Notes under the pieces: model-generated
The model's input: the letters and a program-made list of their open reading frames with translations, nothing else
The model's database searches: none
Told to the model about the DNA's origin: nothing
Program-made: the position numbers and the translations under genes
In this document: positions 19,432 to 29,042 of the stretch, piece by piece
Layout of the letters: each line of letters starts with the position of its first letter
How positions within the stretch are numbered: the first letter of the stretch is position 1
DNA from: a virus
Length of the DNA stretch: 64,000 nt
Virus record (IMG/VR): IMGVR_UViG_3300037560_000207
Span: 117,361-181,360 of that record
Strand: one strand, 5' to 3'

Positions 19432-20003
19432 ATCGTATTTTTCTAGATGTTGGTTCCCATCATGGACAAACAATAGAATTCATGTTACAACCACGATTCA
19501 AGATAGATTGCATTTTCGGATTTGATCCATCACCATTGTGCCATGATATTCTGGAACGAAAATTCAGAGCTAATCCGAAAGTTACTATAGTTAAAGCTGG
19601 ACTGTGGTCTAAGACATGTGAAATGGACCTACATAACGAAGGTAGTCAAGGGGGTAGTGTCTACGAAGACTATCAGACAACATGTAATCCAGAACCTCGT
19701 ATCACCCACTGCAAATTCATTAAGGCTTCGGACTGGTTTATTGAGTATGTGTCTTCAGATGATGAAGTATTTTTGAAAATTAATGCAGAAGGAAGTGAAT
19801 GTGAGATCGTTTTAGATTTATTAGATTCTGGTGAATATAATAAAGTTAAAGCACTGCTGATAGATTTCGATATCCGTAAGAGTCCATCTCAGAAACACAA
19901 AGAAGATGAATTAAGAGAACGAATGAAGGCGATGGGTATCAATAATCTTCATATCTATATGGGTGATAATCGACATATTATTCTATTCTCTGTTGTGCGA
20001 TAA
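19428..20003 (+). CDS. FkbM-family methyltransferase
   Basis: FLDVGSHHG, GFDP, FLKINAEGSE. Confidence 0.85.
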   Translation: MNRIFLDVGSHHGQTIEFMLQPRFKIDCIFGFDPSPLCHDILERKFRANPKVTIVKAGLWSKTCEMDLHNEGSQGGSVYEDYQTTCNPEPRITHCKFIKASDWFIEYVSSDDEVFLKINAEGSECEIVLDLLDSGEYNKVKALLIDFDIRKSPSQKHKEDELRERMKAMGINNLHIYMGDNRHIILFSVVR

Positions 20004-20012
20004 AGGAAAATA

Positions 20013-20762
20013 ATGACAAAACCTAAGATATGGATTTACTGGGATCATCCATTGGGACAAACAGAAACACCGGCTTACATACAATTATGTTGGGAGACTA
20101 TCAAAAAGTATTGTGGCACAGACTTTGATATTCATTTAGTAACTACTGAAAATGTGAGACAATTTTTGCCTAATATATCTGAGAGTTTTTTCCACATTGC
20201 ACAGATCAATAATAAATCAAATTTTTTACGATATACATTATTGAAAGAACATGGCGGCATCTGGCTAGATAGTGACTTGATTTTGTTTCAAAGCCTAAAA
20301 CCAATGCTTGACTTATTAGAAGATGACATTGATCTGGTGGCAACTGCTTCTCCAACACTTAAGTACGGAGAACCTGAATGTGGATTTTTACTATCAACAA
20401 AAGGTGGAACAGTAATAACCAAAGCTGTTTCTATCATTGAGTATGCTTTGAGCCTTCAAAAACCAGGACATATTTTTAAATGGGGATCATTGGGGCCAAG
20501 AACGATTCGCCAAGCCGTAAAAGGTCGTAGATATCATCATCTCGATTATCGTTTATTAATGCCTATTCCATCATGGGAAGCTTATCGATTCGGTGGCAAA
20601 GAATCAATGGGAAAATGCTGTATTGAAGGATCATATGGTTGTATGCTTTTCCATGAAATGTTTAAACAATATAACCATCCAATTCTACGAATGAATCGTC
20701 AACAATTACTTGAATCACCAATCCTCTTAGGGAAGATGTTCAGAAAGGCAGTTACAAGCTGA
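20013..20762 (+). CDS. DXD glycosyltransferase (capsular polysaccharide synthesis/GT32-like)
   Basis: IWIYW, C.ETIKK, SNFLRY.LL.EHGGIWLDSD, WGSLGP. Confidence 0.88.
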   Translation: MTKPKIWIYWDHPLGQTETPAYIQLCWETIKKYCGTDFDIHLVTTENVRQFLPNISESFFHIAQINNKSNFLRYTLLKEHGGIWLDSDLILFQSLKPMLDLLEDDIDLVATASPTLKYGEPECGFLLSTKGGTVITKAVSIIEYALSLQKPGHIFKWGSLGPRTIRQAVKGRRYHHLDYRLLMPIPSWEAYRFGGKESMGKCCIEGSYGCMLFHEMFKQYNHPILRMNRQQLLESPILLGKMFRKAVTS

Positions 20763-21712
20763 TGAAGATTAGAGCGACAATAGTACATATATCTACTCCG
20801 CTGAGAATGCGACCAATTGTTGCAACACTAATAAGGCATGGGCATGTATTCACTGACCAAAAGATTCCAGATGCCGATTTGTGGCTGGTTGATTGTATGC
20901 ATCCTCACAAGATAGATGATGCCACTATTGAAGAATTGATTCAATTTCGTGGACAAATCATGCTTGTATCTCTCGGTGATTGGAGTTCATTCAACACGCA
21001 AATGGAGGGTAAAGGTCTTCCTGATGAAGTAATCGATAAAGTGGTAGCATTTGCAAAAATTCAATGGACTCTTGAGATTACCGATTATGATCCTCGCATT
21101 ATAGGCAAACAGATTATAATGCAACCATTTTTAATTAGTGGTCTCCCAGAACCGATGACCAGCAAAAAGCCTATAGCATCATTCTATGGATTACCAACTG
21201 GTGATCTAGAAACAGAAAAAAATCTACGCATTAGGGCTTGTCGAATACTGAAAAATAAATCATGGTTCCAAGGTGGTATTGTAGGACAGGAACCTGGTGC
21301 GCAACGAAACATATCAGGGGTTGAAATTGGACATAGACCTCGCCCATTCTATCTTAATTCTATTAACCAATCACTTGTGTCATTATGTATGCCTGGAAAC
21401 AGTATCTTGACTTATCGTCATTTCGAAAGTATGGGGATGAAATCATGCGTTGTTTCCTGTTGTCTAAATCAATTCAGATGGTTAAATCGCATGGTTCCAG
21501 GACAGCACTATTTGGATATTTTACCAGATTTATCTAATCTGCTAGATGTTTGTGAACAGGCTATTTCTGACAAAAAGACCACGTTGCAAATCGCACAGAA
21601 GGGATATGATTTGTATCAAGCGTACTATCGTCTATTACCAGACGGTAGTATGACAGATGCAATGTGGGCTGACATTACACAACAGTGGAAACAAATGGGG
21701 ATACAGATATAA
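20762..21712 (+). CDS. GT-B glycosyltransferase-like protein (CgeB/GT90-like C-terminus)
   Basis: SL.MPG....TYRHFE, PGQHY..I.PDLSNL, IAQKG. Confidence 0.65.
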   Translation: MKIRATIVHISTPLRMRPIVATLIRHGHVFTDQKIPDADLWLVDCMHPHKIDDATIEELIQFRGQIMLVSLGDWSSFNTQMEGKGLPDEVIDKVVAFAKIQWTLEITDYDPRIIGKQIIMQPFLISGLPEPMTSKKPIASFYGLPTGDLETEKNLRIRACRILKNKSWFQGGIVGQEPGAQRNISGVEIGHRPRPFYLNSINQSLVSLCMPGNSILTYRHFESMGMKSCVVSCCLNQFRWLNRMVPGQHYLDILPDLSNLLDVCEQAISDKKTTLQIAQKGYDLYQAYYRLLPDGSMTDAMWADITQQWKQMGIQI

Positions 21713-22544
21713 TGTATGATGAAAGTAAAATGTGCTTTATGACAGTAGCCAATGAATTATACCAGGAATATATACCGTGGTTTCTATATTTTTTAGATAT
21801 GGCATATCCCAAAGCACACAAACTCATACTATTAGATGGCATAATTACAGATGATGTAAAACAGGTATTATCATCAATATCTGGTAATTTTAAAATTAAA
21901 GAGCAGGCATTTCCCGAATATACAAAAACTGATGCTAAAACCATTAAGTGTTTAAGATGGCTAGTATATGAGCCTGAGTTTAATCAATACGATTGCCTAT
22001 CAATTGGCGACATTGATATGGCAATTTGAAAGAATCCCCATCTTATATGCAACAACATTTGACACATTGTGATTTACTCAATATACCTTACAGTAATTGC
22101 ATTCGCGCAGATTCTAAACCTAAACGAATGTGCGGAATACATATTGTTAAACCACGGGAATGGTTTAAGGCAATGAGACCAATTATTGATAAATATCGTC
22201 CAATGCTCAAAGCCGGTGAAATAAAATTATCATCAATAGGATTCAACGAAATATTATTATTGCGTATGATAATAGAATCAAATCTTGGTGAACCACCACC
22301 CAACTTATCTCCAACTTATTGGTCTTCTATGGTTACATCACATCATCATGGAATTCATCTTCAATTGGCTCAACACTCAATTGATAAATTTAAAAAATCC
22401 AAAGGATATACCAAACGAAAATCAGAATTTCTTGCTGCTTGTCGAACTGACTTATTCAATGAATTACGAATACAATCACCTAAAATTGGTTCAGTGCTAA
22501 ATTCGATCGCTAAATCTTACGACCCTAAAGGAGCTATCAAATGA
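21712..22544 (+). pseudogene. GT-A glycosyltransferase broken into two ORFs (21712..22029 and 22026..22544)
   Basis: ORF1 ends immediately after the DXD motif (GDIDMAI*). One extra T at 22025-22027 would give GDIDMAILKESPSY in frame with ORF2. Confidence 0.6.
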
Positions 22545-23254
22545 ATGGAATATTTTATGTTGCTTTTGGTAAACAATATGACTATCAATGCACTCATTCA
22601 GTTATTTTGGTAAGAAAGTATAGTGATATTCCAGTTAGGGTAATAACCGACCTTGCTGTTGACCAAAGGTGTAAAAAATGGGATAATGTATCGAACGTAT
22701 CTTTTGAAAAAGTGAATGCTGAACGAAATAAAAATAGATATTACAAAATTCGACCAGATTTATTCTCGCCGTTTGATATCACACTGTTCTGCGATACTGA
22801 CACCGCTGTTCAGTCAGCAGAATTTTTAGATGGATTTGCCATAGCACAAAATCATGATGTAATGTTTTCTGTCTATCAACGAATTGGGAAGGGTGGGCAT
22901 GGTCTGCCTATGGTGTGGTTATATGGGAAGTTTATGAAACCAGAAAACTATCCGGCAACTATCTATAAGGAAGGCGTTTTCTTTTTCCGTAAAACCGAGA
23001 ATACTAGAAAATTGTTTGAGGCATGGGAGAATTACTGGAGATTACTTGGTTGTGGGCGAGATATGCCGGCATTGTTTCCTGCGACAACAAAAGCAACAAA
23101 TTTGAATCTTGGCATTTTACCCCCAGGTTGGGACAATAGAGATGGACATATTATAGTTCATGCGTTTGGTAACTATAAAACGAAAGGTCTGCCGATCATT
23201 ACCAAATATAAACCTGATGACAAGAACCAAAATAAATGGAGGGATATAAAATGA
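22541..23254 (+). CDS. GT-A glycosyltransferase (GT8-like)
   Basis: FYVAFG, K...DLFSPFDITLFCDTDT, GVFFF, RDMPAL, LP..W, IVH. Confidence 0.8.
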   Translation: MNGIFYVAFGKQYDYQCTHSVILVRKYSDIPVRVITDLAVDQRCKKWDNVSNVSFEKVNAERNKNRYYKIRPDLFSPFDITLFCDTDTAVQSAEFLDGFAIAQNHDVMFSVYQRIGKGGHGLPMVWLYGKFMKPENYPATIYKEGVFFFRKTENTRKLFEAWENYWRLLGCGRDMPALFPATTKATNLNLGILPPGWDNRDGHIIVHAFGNYKTKGLPIITKYKPDDKNQNKWRDIK

Positions 23255-23880
23255 ATCAACTTCATCTCAGTAGGTGTAACCGTTATTTGTTTTTTGCAGA
23301 GAATGTTCTTCCGAAGAAACCAATCTTTATTGATGTTGGATCAAGAACTGGTATTCATGCCATTGCTCTTCTAGAAAAATTCAAAAGTTTAATTATTGTT
23401 TATGAGGCATGTGCGAAAAACTATCATACTTTGTGTCAAGCTGTATCTGGATCAACAATTGTTACTCATCAATCAGCCGTGACCGGAAAAGATGGTGAAA
23501 TTGATTTCTTTAGATTTGCTAGTGCATCTTCCAACAGTATTTATCCAAGACATCAGAAAGAAGTAGGCATGAAATTACAACAGCAGACTAAAGTTAAATC
23601 GGTTAGTATAGAATCTATATTGACAGCAAACGATCTTTCTCACATAGATATTCTATTTTGTAATTGTGAAGGTGCAGAACTTGGAATAATAAACGAAATT
23701 TTGAGCAAACCCCATTTACGAAATCGATTGGGGCAACTTTGTATTTCTTTTCACGGTGAAAGAATTTATCCACAAGCACAAACAGTTAATGCTATTGAAA
23801 AAATGTCTGTATATTTTTTGGTAATTACAGAGAACAACGATTATCCATGTCATCTATTCGTCAATAAAAATCTTGTGTAA
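23251..23880 (+). CDS. FkbM-family methyltransferase
   Basis: FIDVGSRTG, YEA, AV.GKDG, IDILFCNCEGAE. Confidence 0.82.
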   Translation: MNQLHLSRCNRYLFFAENVLPKKPIFIDVGSRTGIHAIALLEKFKSLIIVYEACAKNYHTLCQAVSGSTIVTHQSAVTGKDGEIDFFRFASASSNSIYPRHQKEVGMKLQQQTKVKSVSIESILTANDLSHIDILFCNCEGAELGIINEILSKPHLRNRLGQLCISFHGERIYPQAQTVNAIEKMSVYFLVITENNDYPCHLFVNKNLV

Positions 23881-23910
23881 GTAATAGATTATTCTAAAAA
23901 GGAATGGAAA

Positions 23911-24507
23911 ATGGTTAAGTCTCGTTATATTGTACGAAATGATCCGACAGTAAATTCTGTTGGACGGCATAGTCTTCCTATAAAATCAAGATGGAGTCGT
24001 CCATATGAATATAAATTTGCCATGATATGGGCAAAGCCTGGACTTCGGATGGTAGATGCCGCATCTGGTGGTGGAACACATCCATTCTGCCATTACTTAG
24101 CAGATATTGCACCAGGATTAGTTATTGCCGTAGATCAAACTATATGGTCTGTTGAAGAAAATTCAGGTCTTGTATATCATCAAACTTCAATGACGAATAT
24201 ACCACTAGATCAAAACTCGGTGGATATAGTGTTTAGTATTTCGGTTATAGAACATTGTACGAACGAAGTAATCAAGAATTTCTTTGCCGAAACTACAAGA
24301 ATTCTGAAAACTGGAGGGCTGTTCATTATTACACAAAATACGGGTTCTGTATATCCAGGCAGAACACCATCATGGTCAGCACAAGAACTTAGCAAAGCTG
24401 GATTCTTTTATGAACAACTTACAAAAAGTAATAATATACCAGATGATGCAATTACAAAATATCAGCCGCCAAGATGGTGTTATCGTTGGGCATGTAAAAA
24501 ACTCTAG
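23911..24507 (+). CDS. Class I SAM-dependent methyltransferase
   Basis: SRPYEY, VDAASGG, IPLDQNSVDIVFSISVIEH, LKTGG. Confidence 0.88.
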   Translation: MVKSRYIVRNDPTVNSVGRHSLPIKSRWSRPYEYKFAMIWAKPGLRMVDAASGGGTHPFCHYLADIAPGLVIAVDQTIWSVEENSGLVYHQTSMTNIPLDQNSVDIVFSISVIEHCTNEVIKNFFAETTRILKTGGLFIITQNTGSVYPGRTPSWSAQELSKAGFFYEQLTKSNNIPDDAITKYQPPRWCYRWACKKL

Positions 24508-24527
24508 TAAAACAATATGATTGATTT

Positions 24528-24541
24528 GGAGGTATAATAGG
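24528..24541 (+). promoter_or_regulatory. Putative promoter -10 / RBS for dnaE C-half (GGAGGTATAATAGG)
   Basis: Same motif as 6934; also contains a GGAGG sequence. Confidence 0.55.
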
Positions 24542-24544
24542 ATA

Positions 24545-27136
24545 ATGATCGAGTTCGTGAATTGTGAATGTAAAGTCGAAAAGGGTGAATTCAATATCAA
24601 CAATATCCCTCTTAATTGTCCTGCTGTATGGCGACTTATCGGGGGTGGTCATACAGTTGGAATTTTTCAACTTGAGACAAAATTAGGTCAAGATTGGGCT
24701 GCAAAGGTACGACCTGATAGTATTGAGGAATTAGCTGCCTTAGTGAGTCTTCTTCGACCCGGACCATTAGAATGTCTCAGTGGTGATACACATATTACAA
24801 AAGGAAGATTTTTTGATAAAAGGGTAAATAAATATAAATTTTCCTATGTAATCATGAAAGATTTATATGAAAAATTTTTATTTTGGGAAAAATCAAAACA
24901 TAAAGGAAAAGCACAAAAAGGATTATCAATATTATCGGTAAATGAAGATACTAGGAAAATATTCAAAAATACCATTAAAAAAGTGATAAAAACCGGTACG
25001 CAAAAGGTTTATAAATTAAAACTAAAACTTACATTGTCACGATATAATTATAATAGAAAACGATTTTATACAATAAAAGCCACAGACGGACATAGATTTT
25101 TAACACAAAACGGCTGGAAAGAACTCTGGGAATTATGTTCCGGTGATTACATAGCTGTTATCAACCAAAATTTTGGACGCATTGATAGAAAAGATAGAAT
25201 GGCAATTGAGGGATTAAAGATTTTTAGAGATATTTGTTTATTCAATTATCAATATAAATGCCTTTTCTGTAATTGGAATTTGGGAACATTAGATGTAAAT
25301 CATATAAATGGAAATAGATATACTGACAATAGCCCAGATAATCTATGTTTTTTATGCCCAAATCACCATAGAATGTATACAGAAGGAATGATAACACAGG
25401 ATGACATATTACAAAAATTACCTGATGTAACGTTGCCCAACAAAAATGACATAAGATGGGTTTTATATGAAGGGAAAGAAGATTGTGGTGAAGAAGAAAC
25501 ATATGATATTGCTGTCGATGGTCCATTCCAGAATTATATAGCGTCAAGTGTTATCGTACATAATTCAGGTATGTCACAAGATTATGCTGATATTAAATTT
25601 GGTCGCAAAAAACATTCCTATTTACATTCATCTTTAAAGTCAATTTTAGAATCAACTTATGGCTGTATGGTATTTCAAGAACAAGCGCTGCGCATTGCTA
25701 CTGATGTGGCTGGATTTAATCCTATAGAGGCAGATACACTTCGAGCCGCAATCGGAAAGAAAAAGGCTGAACTTATGGCCAAATTAAAACCAAAATTTAT
25801 TAAAGGATGTCAAAATCATAGTAAAATTGGTAGAGGTATAGCTGAAGAAATTTTTGGCTGGATTGAAAAATGTCAGCGCTACTCGTTTAATAAAAGTCAC
25901 GCTTTAAGTTATGGGATGATTGCTTATCAAACCGCTTGGCTAAAATGTCATTTTCCACATGAATTTTTCACTAGTTATCTGACCTACTCTCAATATAAAG
26001 GTGACCCAAAAGAAGAAATTTATAAATTGGTACAGGATGCCAGATTATTTGGTGTTGATATTTTTCCCCCAGATATTCGGCGTGGTAATATTCACTTTCA
26101 AATGATTGAAGAACCTCAAAAAGGCGTAGCATTCGGTCTGGCGCATGTTAGGGGTGTCGGGGCTTCAGCAATCCAAAAGATCGTCTCAGCAGTCACGGAA
26201 ACGTCAGAAATAAGCTCTCTGGAGACTTGGGGTAACTTTCTTTCAGCGGTTCCCGATTTTCATAGAGATGTAGGTATTGCTTTAATTAAATCCGGTGCTT
26301 GTGATTGTTATAATATGCAACGTAGTGAAATGGTGCGCGAACTTGAAGTAGTATTAGGAACTACTGTCCATGATGAGACCGGAAAAAGAGTTGAAGCTAA
26401 AGGGTTGACAAATAAAGAGAAGCTTTACTTTTTCGAACAACTCCGAAAGGACGAAATGACCACTAGAGACATTTTGTTACAAATGGCCCAACCTCCAGGA
26501 AACAAAACAAAGACTATAAGCCAAATGAATAAACAAGAATTGGTAATAGCAGCCGTCGAATATCTTGATCAAGTTGCCGTTGCTTTTGATGGGGTGGTAT
26601 ATACTCCTGATGATTTAAAAAGCCAGACCAAAAAAGAAATTGAGGAATTGATGCTACAAAATGGTTATAAGAATGTAGTAATCAAACCCCCATGTTCAAG
26701 TGATACCAGACGCAAAAAAGTAGCATCCAAAGCGGAAATGTTAGAAAATCCATTAGAAGATACTAATAGAGTAAGTTCTGTGGCAGAAAAGCATTTCTTA
26801 GGTATTGCTTTATCGTGTTCCCCGGCTGATGATGCAGATGATAGTTTTGCAACCCATACTTGTTTAGAAATTGCCAAAGCATCAAACAATGAAGCTATTG
26901 CTGTTTGCGCAATTATTGATAATGTTAAATATACAAAAACCAAGCGTGGACGTAATCCAGGTCAATCAATGTGCTTTTTAACGATGTCGGATTCTACTTA
27001 CTCAATTGACGCTGTAGTATTTCCTGATGCATTTGAACGATTAAAGGCATTTTGCAAAAATGATTTAATTTGTTTGATATATGGGGATAAGAAAAAAGGC
27101 AGTTTTATAATACGTGATATTCAAAAGTTAATTTAA
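24545..27136 (+). CDS. dnaE: DNA polymerase III alpha, C-terminal half (fingers, HhH, OB), intein-containing
   Basis: IPLNC..VW.LI..G.T.GIFQLE, LRPGP, YG.MVFQEQ, LRAAIGKKK, YSFNKSHA.SY, PPDI, FGLAHVRGVG, EKHFLG, C-terminal OB fold. Confidence 0.95.
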   Translation: MIEFVNCECKVEKGEFNINNIPLNCPAVWRLIGGGHTVGIFQLETKLGQDWAAKVRPDSIEELAALVSLLRPGPLECLSGDTHITKGRFFDKRVNKYKFSYVIMKDLYEKFLFWEKSKHKGKAQKGLSILSVNEDTRKIFKNTIKKVIKTGTQKVYKLKLKLTLSRYNYNRKRFYTIKATDGHRFLTQNGWKELWELCSGDYIAVINQNFGRIDRKDRMAIEGLKIFRDICLFNYQYKCLFCNWNLGTLDVNHINGNRYTDNSPDNLCFLCPNHHRMYTEGMITQDDILQKLPDVTLPNKNDIRWVLYEGKEDCGEEETYDIAVDGPFQNYIASSVIVHNSGMSQDYADIKFGRKKHSYLHSSLKSILESTYGCMVFQEQALRIATDVAGFNPIEADTLRAAIGKKKAELMAKLKPKFIKGCQNHSKIGRGIAEEIFGWIEKCQRYSFNKSHALSYGMIAYQTAWLKCHFPHEFFTSYLTYSQYKGDPKEEIYKLVQDARLFGVDIFPPDIRRGNIHFQMIEEPQKGVAFGLAHVRGVGASAIQKIVSAVTETSEISSLETWGNFLSAVPDFHRDVGIALIKSGACDCYNMQRSEMVRELEVVLGTTVHDETGKRVEAKGLTNKEKLYFFEQLRKDEMTTRDILLQMAQPPGNKTKTISQMNKQELVIAAVEYLDQVAVAFDGVVYTPDDLKSQTKKEIEELMLQNGYKNVVIKPPCSSDTRRKKVASKAEMLENPLEDTNRVSSVAEKHFLGIALSCSPADDADDSFATHTCLEIAKASNNEAIAVCAIIDNVKYTKTKRGRNPGQSMCFLTMSDSTYSIDAVVFPDAFERLKAFCKNDLICLIYGDKKKGSFIIRDIQKLI
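24773..25564 (+). mobile_element. Intein (264 aa) with HNH endonuclease in dnaE
   Basis: RPGPLE/CLSGDTHI ... IVHN/SG; block B ATDGHRFLT..GWK; block F TYDIAV; internal CLFC...DVNHINGN...DN...NLCFLCPNHH. Confidence 0.92.
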
Positions 27137-27137
27137 A

Positions 27138-27773
27138 ATGCCAAAATTAATTGATTTGATTGGGAAAAAATTTGGAAGACTCGTTGTCTTGGAACGGGTT
27201 GAAAATAGCAAAAATAAACAAACTAGATGGTTATGCCAATGCAATTGTAAGGATGAAAATGAGATAATTGTTCAAGGTGGTAATCTCAAAAATAGTAATA
27301 CCCAAAGTTGTGGATGTCTATCGAAAAATAATGCTTTGAAACATGGCCATCGTAATGATGAAATTTATACGATATGGTCAGCAATGATTCAACGTTGTAC
27401 TAATCCTAATAATAAAGATTACAAAAATTATGGCGGACGAGGAATTACGGTTTACGAACGATGGATGGAACCCGAAAATTTTATTAAAGATATGATAAAG
27501 AAAAGGGAGCCTGGGCTTACACTCGAACGAATAGATAATAAACTAGGATATTCTAAAGATAATTGTGAATGGACCATCTATGAAAAACAAAATAGAAATA
27601 AACGAAATAATCGTTACGAAACATATAAAGGAAAACGATGGCTTTTTATAGAATTATGTAAAGAATATAATGCGCCTTATCACATTGTCTATAATAGGTA
27701 TTATAGACTCGACTGGACTTTAGAAGAAGCCCTTATGATACCAGTAAAAAAATATAAAAAAAAAGAAAAATAA
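27138..27773 (+). CDS. Free-standing HNH-type homing endonuclease (paralog of 13589)
   Basis: GKKFGRL, WLCQCNC, SCGC, MIQRC.NP, YGGRGI, TLERIDN..GY...NC.W. Confidence 0.88.
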   Translation: MPKLIDLIGKKFGRLVVLERVENSKNKQTRWLCQCNCKDENEIIVQGGNLKNSNTQSCGCLSKNNALKHGHRNDEIYTIWSAMIQRCTNPNNKDYKNYGGRGITVYERWMEPENFIKDMIKKREPGLTLERIDNKLGYSKDNCEWTIYEKQNRNKRNNRYETYKGKRWLFIELCKEYNAPYHIVYNRYYRLDWTLEEALMIPVKKYKKKEK

Positions 27774-27803
27774 TCGACATTTAGCGGAACAAATATATAG
27801 GTT

Positions 27804-27817
27804 GGGCGTACAATAAG
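27804..27817 (+). promoter_or_regulatory. Putative promoter -10 (GGGCGTACAATAAG)
   Basis: Intergenic; matches the recurring GGNGTAYAAT motif. Confidence 0.45.
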
Positions 27818-27855
27818 ATAACCACATTATGTGGCTCTCAAAAAGGAACAGTAAA

Positions 27856-28248
27856 ATGATTGATATAATTACGAAAAAACAAGTATGTGTAGAACATAAT
27901 AATATAAATCTTTCTGTACAGCAAGTTAGTGTTGTTTGTTCCTTATTAGATAAAAATAATATATCATATCATTTAGAGGATGATGCCATTTCAATAGATA
28001 GGGGACCAGAAATGACTAACATTACTATCCATAATAATAAAGATTCGATTTTTGTTCAAAAACTTTTGAATGAACAAAAAGAAGACAAAAATAAATTACC
28101 ACAAATAATAATACAAGGCAAACAAATTGGTTTTGGTCGTAGGGCAATAATTGATAGAGCTATTGATATAATATTAACTGATTCTAAAGATATTGATTGG
28201 CAAAAACATGATTTATCAATTCAGATTATTATTAAGATGGAGAAATAA
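27856..28248 (+). CDS. Hypothetical protein
   Basis: AAGGA RBS before the ATG at 27856. Confidence 0.55.
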   Translation: MIDIITKKQVCVEHNNINLSVQQVSVVCSLLDKNNISYHLEDDAISIDRGPEMTNITIHNNKDSIFVQKLLNEQKEDKNKLPQIIIQGKQIGFGRRAIIDRAIDIILTDSKDIDWQKHDLSIQIIIKMEK

Positions 28249-28590
28249 ATGGATAGTATATTTTGTAATGCAAAACCAGGTGATATAGTATATGATATTC
28301 CACAACCACCAATGTTACGGATACCAGAAAAGTTTTTTTTGAAACTTAATTCTAAAAGACAAGTGATAGCAATCAATGCAGCAGATAAGGAAATTGATTT
28401 TAATCCTGAAAAATTCTGCGAAACCCTAGAAAGGGCTAGAATCACTGCCGAACAACTATGGTGGAAATGGTTGTCGCAGAATAACAAAATAGCCTTTCTC
28501 GCTATTCAATGTCACCAATCTGGAAAATATCCAGAATTAAAACCTATGCAACAAACAGAACAATCTGAAGTAGTAAAATGTAAAGAATAA
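28249..28590 (+). CDS. Hypothetical protein
   Basis: GGAG RBS; abuts the upstream stop. Confidence 0.6.
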   Translation: MDSIFCNAKPGDIVYDIPQPPMLRIPEKFFLKLNSKRQVIAINAADKEIDFNPEKFCETLERARITAEQLWWKWLSQNNKIAFLAIQCHQSGKYPELKPMQQTEQSEVVKCKE

Positions 28591-28622
28591 TAAAAGTTTT
28601 TGAATTTGAAAGGCGAACAAAA

Positions 28623-29042
28623 ATGGCAGAATTAAGTGTATTTGGTGTTGGCGTAGCAACAGCAGACCCTGAATTGAGGTATGTTGGACAGAACAAAACA
28701 GCATTATGTACTGTCAACCTAGCTTTCAATCGGAGTTTCCGTGACAAGGAACAAAATTGGCAGACAGAAGCTTGTTTTTTAAGGGCTCAGGTCTGGGGTA
28801 ATCGGGCCGAGAAAATGGCCGAACTCGTCAAAAAGGGTCAGCCAATTTATGTTAGTGGTTATATGAAACAGGATTCGTGGGAAAATGACGATGGCCAGAA
28901 AAGAGTCTCGTATTCATTAAGTGTCCGAGACTTCCAACTGTGCGCCAAAAATGGAAAGAATAAGGATGAGGCGAAGAAAACAAATAAGGCTGAAACATCA
29001 GAACCCCCTCCGATGGAAAATGATGAATCGATACCATTCTGA
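28623..29042 (+). CDS. ssb: Single-stranded DNA-binding protein
   Basis: DPELRY, NLAFNR, VWG..AE....VKKG..I.V.G....SWE..DGQKR, acidic tail DESIPF. Confidence 0.95.
   Translation: MAELSVFGVGVATADPELRYVGQNKTALCTVNLAFNRSFRDKEQNWQTEACFLRAQVWGNRAEKMAELVKKGQPIYVSGYMKQDSWENDDGQKRVSYSLSVRDFQLCAKNGKNKDEAKKTNKAETSEPPPMENDESIPF

Noticed and set aside
19380-24600. Trans-splicing split intein joining the DnaE halves
   Set aside because: The N-half has no C1/block A after the extein and the C-half N-terminus has no block F/G HN-C/S. The only intein is internal (24773-25564) and complete.
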